Program-made: the position numbers and the translations under genes
Notes under the pieces: model-generated
The model's input: only the letters and a program-made list of their open reading frames with translations
Databases searched by the model: none
What the model was told of the DNA's origin: nothing
Origin: Paragordius varius
Taxonomy: Eukaryota > Animalia > Nematomorpha
DNA: 64,000 bases
Direction: 5' to 3'
NCBI GenBank assembly: GCA_964247055.1
Contig: OZ176056.1
Coordinates: 5,642,001-5,706,000, forward strand
Shown: positions 20,816 through 32,013 of the stretch, in pieces
Numbering within the stretch: position 1 is the first letter of the stretch
Layout: each line of letters starts with the position of its first letter

Positions 20816-21759
20816 TCGAAATGCTGGTATAAACAATCTTTCCGAACAGAAGATTTTATGATATATTTATCTACGATGATTGTTTTTTTCTTTATATAAT
20901 TTTACAAGTTAAAAAATATTTTTGTTAAATTGTATTTTTATCACTCGTGACCCCATAATTTTGCTACGCGACTCCAAATGGGGTCGCGACGCATAGTTTA
21001 AGAAGCCCCGGACTAGATGAACAAAAATGGTAATTTTATTTATTAAACCACTTGGTGGGGATCAACCTCTGTAAAATAGGCAGCTATACAGAAATAATTT
21101 AGTTTTCGCACAAGGGATATTAGATAAATCAATTTTCCCAAAAAATAATGCAAAAAAGCGCTTATTTTTGATTAACTCTGGAACATCTTATACTATTGAC
21201 GGCAGCTTGTAAATATTGTCCAAAAGTATTTCTAGAAAAAACCATGAACGGTATGGTGTGATGCTTTTAGTTGGACTTAAGAATCATTTAAGAAGGCTAT
21301 TACGACTTCTGTGGTATTTGCATCATTGAAAAATCGTATCATCATTTTATACTAAATATTGGTTGAAGCTAAATGCTTCTTTTCAACTATTAAAATCATC
21401 ATGAAATTATATTAAAAAAGCCAAATAATAATATAAACTATTATTTTTAATTGTGGGCTGTGTAACTCACAAAATTTTGGATCAATGGAGAATTTTATTG
21501 AAACAACCGCAAAATTTTCGAGATTGCGGAAAAGAGTTTACAACTTACGCATTATCATGACATCAGGAAGAATTATAAATGCATATTTTTATATTATTAA
21601 CAAAAGTTGCTCTAGCGTATTTTATGCCATTCCGCAGGTGAATCCCGTAAGTATTATCAGATGATATTAAAGTATTTGCATAATTTTTGGTAAATGTTTT
21701 TATCACGTCAGAATTTTAAAAAACTTGGCTCAAAATAAATTTAAGGGCTTTCAAAAAAT

Positions 21760-22114
21760 TGTTATGCTCAATAACTTAATTGTTTTTGTTAACTTAGACC
21801 TTTTTATATTAGTTAACTAATAAAAATATAATATTATCCTTCTCTCTTACCTTAGTGCATAAATACACTTTTGTCCTTGTTACGCTAAAAATGTATATTA
21901 TCTTGGTTTTGAATGCTTTCACCTAAATACTGTAGTATTGAACCTTATGCAAATATATAAAACTTGGATGTAAATGCTTTCATCTAAATATTGTAATATT
22001 TAACCTTATGCAAAAATGCAACCTTGTTCTAAAACTATGTATAATGCAATATATTTTATACACGATACATATAATTATACTCTATGCTATAATAAATTCT
22101 TTTCGCTTTTTACA
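21760..22114 (+). repeat. 5' LTR
   Basis: 355 bp, TGTTATG...TTTTACA; direct repeat of 26040-26395 with scattered substitutions and small indels; contains an internal ~58-bp tandem duplication. Confidence 0.93.
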
Positions 22115-25100
22115 TTGGCGCGGTTATTTATTTGGCAATATTCATTATTATGGAAAAAATAAGTATTGAAAGTTATAAAATCAATAATAATTTTACGGAA
22201 TATAATAAATATTACGAAGAAATTTAGTAATTAAAGGAATACAAGATAATAATGAAAATATTAAAGCCATCTTTCTTGCCCAATCCGGTATTGATTTCTA
22301 AAATGGAGCAATTCTTATACCCTCTTTACATTGAAAAATTTCTTGGGAGTATGAAGCTGGGGTGAAAATATTTCAACCAACCAAAAATACCTTTTTAGCC
22401 CGATTCGATTTTTTTAGAGCGGAACGACTAGAGGGTGAAGGATTCTTGGAATTTTTAACAAGACTCAAAAATTTAGGCACCGCATTCGAGTTCAAAGGGA
22501 ACATTTACGAGCTCATACGGGACGTATTTATATGTGGGTTAAGGAACAACAACTAGAGACCGAAATATTTAACAGGTACCCGAGGGCGCTAGACAACGAC
22601 ACACCAGTGGGATTGAATAAGGTTCTAAATTTGGCTCTAGGGTATGAAAATTCTCGCCTGAAAGCGAACTCAGTGAGAGCGATATTTAATAATATAGATA
22701 ATAATAATAATGGTAATAATAATGTTAATAATGAAAGTTATAATGATGGTAATATTAAAATGAGAGATAATAATGAAATATTTCTGGTTAGACGCAAATC
22801 TAGCGTAAAATCGTGTTTCAAATGCGGTCGCACAAACAAATACGGATGCTGCCCAGCTTTTGGGAAGGAATGCTTCAAATGTCACGGTAGAAATCATTTT
22901 GGCAGCCAATGCCAAAACAAATATGCCAGCAAAAATAGGTATTGAATAATATAGTAAAAAAACTTAAAATTAATGTAAAAAATAAACTCAACCCACGTCG
23001 AAATGTTATTCGACACGGGGGCCGACATATCGTTATAAATTTTAGCATGTGGTTTAAGATAGGGAAACCTAAAACAAAACCCATTAATTTTAAGATAAAC
23101 ACATATGATAATAATCCTTTACACATAATAGGAGAGACAACTGTAACTCTTGAATTAAATAAAATAACAAAGATAACAAAGTGCTTTATTACAAAAAGAC
23201 ATCTTCCTCTAATATTTGGCATGGATTGGATCCAGCTATTCAATATCCCATTGCCTAACAAATTATATATAATAAATTATATCACACAACCGATATTTAC
23301 AATAAATTTAAGTCTTTATTTGATAACAAATTGGGTTGTTGAAAAGGGAAACCCATAAAGATATTTTTAGAAAACAATAGTAGGGGTAGGGTATTTCCGG
23401 CGAAGGGTTTCCTTGGCCTTACAAGAAAAATTAAGTGAAGAGATCAAAAGGCTAGTATCCTTAAAGATTATTGAACCAGTAGATCCTAAGCAGTCTCAAA
23501 CATGTTGGTCTAGTCCTAATATAAACGTATAAAAGTCGAATAATGAGTTAAGGATATTCGCAGATTATAAAATGTCAATAAACAAATACATTAAAACACC
23601 TCAATATATAAAACCCACATTTGATGATTTGATTTCCAAAATTTCACATGGTAAGACGTTTTCAACTAGATTTAAAATATGCTTATCTTCAAATTTCAGT
23701 GCACCCGGAATCTTAAAATCTTCTCACAATATCCACTTCTAGGGTTTTTTAAATATACTAGGCTCCCTTTTGGTCGGTCGTGCGCACCTAGTTTTCTTCA
23801 ACAGATCATGGATAAGCTATTAGGGGATTATAAGGGAACAGCGGTGTTAGATGATGTAATTTTTATGGGGGAAACGGATGAGGAGCATTATAGAAACCTA
23901 ACACAAGTATTTGAAAGATTAGAACGAATGGGTCTTAAATTAAAAAAGATAAAATAAAGCTTTTTCATCAGGAAGTAGAATATTTGGGGTTTACTATATC
24001 AGAAAAAAGTACAAAACCAGCGAGCAGTAAGATTAAGGCCATTCGCGAGTGTCCAGCCCCTAAAGATAAAACAAGTTTCCGCTAGTTTTTGGGCCATTTA
24101 AACTTTTCACGATTTATACCTTCTCTAAATACAATTGTCAACAAACTTCATCAGCTAGCTGGTTCCAAAAAGAAATGGTGTTGGACCGAGGTAAATCAAA
24201 ATAATTTTGAAAGGGCGAAGTAGTTAATATGAAATACAGCCGCCTCTTCCCTTTTAACCCCAGACTTCCCCTTATTCTAAAAACAGATGCATCTGGGGAG
24301 GGGTTCGGGGCCATCCTGTCGCACAGGACGTCGGAAGGTAAACGACCCATTGCATATTTTTCAAAAAAATGTTCCACAGCAGAGAAAAGTTATTCGGTTA
24401 TAGAAAAAGAGGCAAAAGTCATTGTATTGGCTCTAGAGAAATTTAACACATTTTTATATGGTAGAAAATTCGATATTAGAACAGACCATAACCCTCTTAT
24501 CAAATTATTCTGGCATCAACGTATATAAGGCGAGCTAACAATAGTAAATTGCTAAAATGGATTTCAAAACATCCATTTTCGTGTACTACCCGGGAACCGA
24601 AAATCTAGCAGACTCACTATCAAGACTACCAACTGAGATAACTGAAGAGTGTGACAATGACGTGGATATAGCGCAGGAAGTCCAGTTGCTATGGTGTCAG
24701 GAGTTAAACTTAAACAAGAAGGTGCTTAAGGAAACTATGAGCGATGAGGTGTGTAAACAGATTAAAGCAGCACGAAAGACCAATAATTGGTCTCATCCCG
24801 GGGTACAGTCCTATAACCCCTGGAAACGATATCGAAGAATCATACGACCTTCTATACCTAGGCCATCTTATTTTTCCTCAAAGCATGAGGGTCGATATTC
24901 TTACTTATCTCTATAAAGGTCACGCTGGTATCCAGTCCATGAAAGCGTTAGGTAAGACTGGTGTGTTTAGGCCGAAAGAAGCAGGATATCGAAAAATGGG
25001 TGCAAGGATGTTCAAGTTGACAAAAGTCACGGTTCAACATTGCAGTAAGCCCGACTTATAAATGGAACCCGAACACCACCGTTTGGGAGCGATTGCATCT

Positions 25101-26039
25101 CGATATAGCGGGGCCCGTAGATAACCTCTACTGGGTCATACTTAAAGATCACTGCACCCGTTGGGTGGAAGTAGCACAGCTTAAAACAGTAAACTCGATC
25201 AGTATTTTGAAAGTTTTAGAAAGTTGGTGTGCACGATATGGCTTCCCAATGATCGTAACTGATAATGCGTCGTATGTCCGGTGATTTTGAAAGAATATGA
25301 AGTTCCTCTAATATCAAGCATGTAACTTCTGAGCCATACCACTTTCGGACAAATGGTTTAGTAGAAAGGGTTATTCAAACGTTGAAAACGCACTATTATA
25401 TGTGTATGAATTAGCAGATCCAGAACGCCGGTTAAACCAGGTACTGTGAGTCTACAGGTCAGCACATCACAATGGTATAAAGGAGACAACAGCACGACTA
25501 TTTTTAAAACGAAATTTACCGACACCGCTGTCCTGGATGAAAGGAAAATCAAAGGATTATATTGATGGTACCTCAGATAGTAAACGTGAGTTCGTTCCAG
25601 GTGAGAAATAAAGAATGAGTTAGAAGCCGGTTGGCGAGAGGGAAATGTAGTAGAGCGGACTGGATTATTCTCATACAATATCGAAGATAGAGGTAGGGTT
25701 TTACGAAACATACTGATCAATTAAGAGTGAGAAAAGAAAGTCCAGATGAACTTAAGCTAGCCGACCAGAAAGAACTGGAATCGGAACAACACAAAATAAT
25801 AATGATAATATCATAGCCAATCCCTTTCATGGTCCTCTTATTGATGACAATATCAATAATGATAATACCAATCCTTCCCCGGGTATTTGTCAAGAATTCC
25901 ACAATAAATAGCAAAGTCCCAACGGCGATAAGATTGCAGGACCCAAGCCTGGAAATGTCTCTCGAGTGACGCTATTCTACCAGAAGCCAAAAAGCCCCTG
26001 ACAAATACACAAATCACTTTTAAATTTAGGTAGGAGATA

Positions 26040-26395
26040 TGTTATGTTTAATAACTTAATTGTTTTTGTTAACTTAAATCAATTGACCTTTTTATATTAG
26101 TTAACTAATGAAAATAAAATATTATCCTTCTCTCTTACCTTAGTGCATAATAAATTTTTGTTTGTTACGCTAAAACTGTATATTATCTTAGTTTTGAATG
26201 CTTTCACCCAAATACTGTAATATTGAACCTTATTCAAATATATAAAACTTAGTTGTGAATGCTTTCATCCAAATATTGTAATATTTAACCTTATGCAAAA
26301 ATGCAACCTTGCTCTAAAACTATATATACTGCAATATATTTTATACACGATACATATAATAATTCTATATATAATAAATTCTTTTCGCTTTTTCA
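26040..26395 (+). repeat. 3' LTR
   Basis: 356 bp, TGTTATG...TTTTTCA; preceded by the PPT and followed by TSD AAAAT. Confidence 0.93.
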
Positions 26396-27210
26396 AAAAT
26401 ATTTAGCCATAATTTGAAAGATGAATCTTTAAATTAAAAATTATAAGTTATCAACAGCAACAAATTCTACTGAAAACATTTTCTAAATTAAAATGTTTTT
26501 TACCGTTTCCACTACGCTTAAAATGCAATCTTATGCCTAGGCAACATTTTGCTAAAAATTTATCTTTTACAAAACTATATTTTTCTTTAAACATACATTT
26601 TTATATGATCCAGCCTATATTATCTTATGGCATCCCTTTTGATTTATAAGAAAAATACCCATATTTAATACAAATAAAGACCTTACGAGCTAAAAATTAT
26701 ATTTTATAATAAGCTAATTTAAATATCGATTATTTTATAATTGTATGATAAGCAATCACAAAAAATGAAATTTTTTTTGTTAGGCCCATAAGCCGCAATG
26801 AAAACTTTTTATCAATCATATATATAAAACAAAAATATTTCCCCGATTTTATGAACGGTTAAAATAGTGGCTATAACAATTTTAAATTATACGCGAGATC
26901 AATATTCATATTTTATATGCGATTTCAATTTGATTCAAATGACTCTTAACACTTAACCTACTTAAATATATTTAAAGATTATTTCGCCCAATTTTAGCAA
27001 GAATCTTGGCAAATAATTACAAATACTATGATATTTCTAAAAATGGCATTATTTTAAATTTTATAATAAATTTTAGTATTTGCATAATAGTTTAAGGCAC
27101 ATAGAGTTTCTAAACTGCCTACTTTATTAAATTTTAATTTAATTAACTAAAACATAATATAAATTCGAATATATTTTTCGATATACTTAATGTTCATAAA
27201 ATATTATTAA

Positions 27211-27772
27211 CACTTGGATACAATACACTCATTTTAGTCCTTCGATATAAATTGGGTTAGTTAAATACCCCAGGTCCGTTTAAAATAAAATTCCTTAAAA
27301 AATATGGAAGGAATCAAAACCATGGCAAAATTTTGCACTAATATATAAATTGATAAACCGAAATATATAAAAATTTTTATTCAAAAATACTTATTATTTA
27401 TTTTAAGCTAAAATTGACAGGTAAAAATTTAGTCAACGTGACATGTGTGCAACGGTAAAATTGAATACGAAATAAACCGCTTTTTCTATTTCTATCAATG
27501 TTAGTTGTAATTTAATTAAAAAATTAGCTTTGATTTTACCCTTAAAATTAAATGAAGACGATCAAAAATTCTGTGAAATAAAAATGGCGTCGAAGTAGTT
27601 TGACATGGAACTTTTTTTTCAAAACAAAATTTATATAGATATTTTAGTATATTTATATAATTTTTATTAGGATAGAATCATTAATTTGATACCGTTTCCT
27701 TCAGTAGTTTTTTAAAATTTCTAACTTAATATTAGTCTTGGGTATTTAGATACCCCAATTTGAATCGAAGTG
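27211..27772. mobile_element. TTAA-flanked MITE, copy 2, immediately upstream of PFAS
   Basis: TTAA at 27207-27210 and 27773-27776; colinear with 8269-8823. Confidence 0.8.
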
Positions 27773-27939
27773 TTAATGCATAATCTATAATGCAGTATTG
27801 GTATTAGTTGAGATAGCGTGATTATATAATTTAAAAACATTTGCAACATTTTTGTGTTATTCTGGCACGCTTTAAGATGTTTTTATAATTTTATACCCAA
27901 CTTAAGGGCCAGTCTTTCCACGTTTCTTACCCAGAGTAT

Positions 27940-30900
27940 ATGGATGCGCTTATCATTTATCAATGTTTTTACATAGAGAGTAAAGAAAATTTGTCGGATG
28001 ATCAAATCACCACGTATTTATCGGTATTTATTTTAGGATAAAACAACTTATAAACTATACAAATCAAATAGCATCTCCTACAAATTTTACAGATTATGTA
28101 GAAATCGGTCCTAGGTATTTCTGTATATATATTTCAGGTTAAACTATGCTACTTCATTTTCAACCAATGTATTAGATATCTTTAAATACATAAATATTCA
28201 AGGGATTACGCGATTTGAAAAAAGTCTCGTATATAATTTTGTGTTCCAAGACGGATTTAAAGGTTAGTCATGCTTATATATATGTAGAAAAATGGTTTAA
28301 AGGCGATAGAAAACGTTTTATAGACAATGTCTTGGATAGAATGACACAACAAATTTATCCCAAACCACTAACTTCCTTTGATTTGATTGATTTTGGTTCT
28401 AATTTTTAATTTATATAATTTTGAAATATATCCTAAATTATTTTACACATAAAAGAAACTATCAAACCTGCACCAATTTACGAAGTAGATGTTATGAACG
28501 AAGGACTCCCTGCTTTACAATGCTTAAATGAACAATTAGGTTGATCTATTTTATTAAAACAAAATTCTATTTTTATGCTTTTAAAAAAAATTATATTTAC
28601 TTTAATTAAACACCTTCAAATTCTTTGAATCGATGATTTTTATAATGTTAAATTTAAACAATGGTATTTTCAATTTTTCGTATACGGTTAAGTTAAAGCG
28701 TTTTTTTACAATTTGCATGCCTTTGCATATCAATAAATTATTTCGGTGTTCCCTCACCTATGGAATCGCCTTTATGGGCTTACGGAGTTCCATCTCCGCT
28801 TACATTTATTACTAATTGGTTGTTTCTAGCAACTGGTTATAACGCTATATAAACCCGCTTTATCATTTGTGTGAATTAAGGCATTGTGGTATTTTATGAG
28901 AAAAAAAGTAGTCATCATTTTTCACCGCAACCCACACAGATGATTACTTTCCTTTGCCGCTCACGTGGGTATTAACCGACTACACCACCTGGAGGTGGGA
29001 GTCAGTTAAGCGCCAACTACAGAAGCAAAAAACAAAAAAAAAGAGTGGAATTATATAAATCAAATAAAAAGTTACAACAATCCATCAATATTTCAGCCAA
29101 CAAAAATCGGATTTAGCAAACTAGAACAAGACATGAATATCTTAAGATTTTACAAACAATAAATTTATAACAAGAGGACATTAAACAAATTTTCTATATT
29201 AAAGATAAACACAAACATCTAGCAACTGATTGGAGAGACATAAGCAATGTCTGGACCATATATTACCAATAACCATCGCCCAAAATAAGTTTGAAACAAT
29301 AAACCAACCACCAGCAATTGGTCCTCGACCATTGATAACAACAGGCGATCTCAGCCAATGCATTCTACATTTAACTAATATAATTAATCTAATCTTGTCA
29401 ACGAATCGCATTCCTAATGATTGGTCAAAAAGCACCATCATACATTTATAGAAACAAAGGAGACATAATACTCGTTTGTTCCTCCTACAGACCAAGAGAG
29501 TTGTTGGAGCACCTATTAAAAGTTTTTGAATCCATTATTGAATTGGAATTTAGATCAATTAGTCATATAGGAATCTCAATATGTCTATAAACCAAACAGT
29601 AGCGAATTAGTGCAATTTTTTCAAGAAAATTATTTAGCGAAAAATAAATTTTTTTATTGATTTACAAAGGGCAAGGCTCCATCCTAAGCCCTTTACTCTT
29701 CATTTTAATAATAGATTACCTAACAATAGATATAGAACAAGACCCACCATGGGAACTTATCTATGCGGACGACATTGTCCTGTAACATAAATGGAGGAAT
29801 TAAATCAAAAGTACATGATAACGGGTGAAACTGTATAGAAAGACCTAAATTTTGGGTAAAATATTATAAACTTGTAATAGTGTTCGAAAATAAACACATA
29901 TCTGCAAAAAACAAAGGCTTGATCACAAAGCTGGCATACGTCCCATACTCTTCTATGGAAACGAAACATGAACGATAACAGATTTAATTGAGAAAAAACT
30001 GATGAACATAGAAAAGGGGATGCGAAATTTATTCGATTCCAATAATTTAAATTCAAATTAGCATAAACTGTACCAAATCGAACCTTAAAATTGATCAGGA
30101 AAAATAGTCTTAGATATTTACATCAAACGTGCTCCAATGGTAAATAAAATTTTATCTCTACGTCTTGAAGCAATCGCAGGGGCAGACTAACATTTAACTG
30201 GGAAAAAACATTAAATAGTGATTTAAGTGTTGCCAACATTGATTATGACGCCTGGCAGGATCGCAAATATTACAGGCAGCTTCTTTATACGGATACAATG
30301 GCTAGCCATTACACACATCATCATCTTCGTATTTTAACTTCACACTCTATTGATAAACTAATAATTTGCCATAAATTTAATTAATTTATGTTCTTTTTTT
30401 TCAATAATTTAAATTTTCTATATCAATCAAATATATCAGCAAATAATAGATGAAATGGAAGTTAACCTATACAAAAATTAATAAAAAAATAAAGTTTTAG
30501 CATAGGAAAAGTTAGAAATAAAAACTGATTGGTTTTTATGAATTAAAAATATGAGCTTAAAAAATAATTTATTTTCAATGTACGACAATGTTTTATTATT
30601 GTAAGATGTAAACAAAATATCCCATCAATATCCTGAATCTATGAATAATATACGGATAAATGCAATGCAATATTTCGTAGTAATCTTTTTTTTGGCCAAT
30701 TTATATTTTTCTTATCTATGATTTAGTATATCTTAATTAAAATTACCTAAAATACTATTTTTTCCATATTTTCCTAAAGCATGACTCTTTTTAAAATATA
30801 CGATTTAGAGTTTAAATTCACCCTTCAACAATTCAAATTCACCCTAAAATAAATTAGGTGTTTTTCTACATTAAAAATTTTTACCTTTAAAATTATGTAA

Positions 30901-31975
30901 TGTTTAAAAAATAATGACTATGTCGTAAAAATATATTTCATATTAATGATGAATTATATTAGACCAAAATAAAATTTTTTATTTAGGGTGAATTTGAATT
31001 GTTTAAGGGTGAATTTGAATTCTTCCAGGGTGAATTTAAATTGTAAATGGTACATATTAACACCAGGTTTGGGCTTTGATTCTGAAGATTTGAAATATTA
31101 CACGCGCATGTTTGTGGAAGGCTTTAAACGAAACCCAACTAACGTCGAATGTTTTGATTTGGCTCAATCTAATAGGTTATTATAATTATTATTATAGTTT
31201 TTTTTGCTTTTTTCTTTCACTCTATCCCTAAAACATTGAGTAAAATTAAATTTAATATTGTGAATTTAAACACAACTTTTTTTTTCTCTATAAAAGCCAT
31301 ATACTTTTTTAAACTTTAATACTATATATATATATATAATTTTTGAATTTTACCAATTTACATCTCTTAATCATATTGCAAAAAAGTATTTTAGTTATTT
31401 TAATTACTATAATTGTCTTATAGTGTTTACATTTTTTGGTGTTAATTTTTACTGTGATTAGTCTTATTCCTTTTTTTTCGATTTGATATGCATCTTTTTT
31501 GATTACGATTAGCGAACATTGTCGTCACTGGTTTTTTAAAGGGGCCCACGTAATTGATGGAATTTCTCAAACTCAAACGCTAATGCAAATGGTACAGGGT
31601 ACGCAATCCTATTCTAATCCAAACAATGTCATACAGTTTAGTGATAATAGCAGGTAAAATAATTTGACCTTTTTTAAATTATATTTAATGCATTTTTATG
31701 GTTGGTTATTTCACACTCTAGTAGGGCAATTCACAACGATGGAATGTATGGGAAAAAGAAAGGAAATAATTGTTTATTCTACATTTTGTTGTTTTTTTTC
31801 CCATAAACTTCTGTGTCGCAAATTGCCCTCTATATAGTGTGAAATAAGCAACCATTAAAATGCTAACTGTATATATTGTTCGACTGATTAATTTTTAATG
31901 GACGTAATCATGGATCAATTAATCGGCTATTAATTCTAAAAAGTATAAAAATAAAAATTGAAAAAAGTAAATGAT

Positions 31976-32013
<38 letters not shown>

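Larger units (their letters stand above)
18931..21010. mobile_element. hAT (Charlie-like) non-autonomous element containing nested insertions
   Basis: TIRs CAGGGCTTCTTAAACT / AGTTTAAGAAGCCCCG; 8-bp TSD GACTAGAG / GACTAGAT (7/8 match); subterminal CGACCCC motifs. Confidence 0.8.
21760..26395 (+). mobile_element. Full-length but decayed Ty3/Gypsy LTR retrotransposon (gag-PR-RT-RNaseH-IN, no env)
   Basis: LTRs 21760-22114 and 26040-26395 (TG...CA); 5-bp TSD AAAAT on both sides; PBS TGGCGC at 22116; PPT AGGTAGGAGATA before 26040. Gag CCHC knuckle CFKCHGRNHFGSQC; protease VEMLFDTGADISL (~22998, frameshifted); RT YTRLPFG..APSFLQQIMDKLL..VLDDVI; RNase H LKTDASGEGFGAILS..TDHNPL; integrase HAGIQSMK and LHLDIAGP. 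Many frameshifts and stops. Confidence 0.95.
21130..26640 (+). mobile_element. Highly decayed CR1/L2-like RT relic split by the Gypsy insertion (pieces ~21130-21759 and ~26396-26640)
   Basis: AIPQVN (GVPQG-like) at ~21627 and VLSDDIKVF (YADD-like) at ~21653 lie before the LTR element; YMIQPILSYGI (L2/CR1 C-terminal motif) at ~26603 lies after it. Confidence 0.4.

Noticed and set aside
27886-27888. Non-standard genetic code (TAA read as sense)
   Set aside because: The GluR gene ends in TAA at a plausible C-terminus, no other reconstructed exon has internal TAA/TAG, and the tiny introns are not multiples of three.
28960-29010. ACC-TCCAGGT-GGT-GTAGTC-GG on the minus strand resembling an HDV ribozyme core
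   Set aside because: No upstream P1 5' strand or P2 partner was found; a simple hairpin explains it.
30815-31045. Regularly repeated 19-20 nt AGGGTGAATTTGAATT units suggestive of a CRISPR-like array
   Set aside because: No unique spacers; the units are inverted at the two ends of a MITE, in a eukaryotic context.
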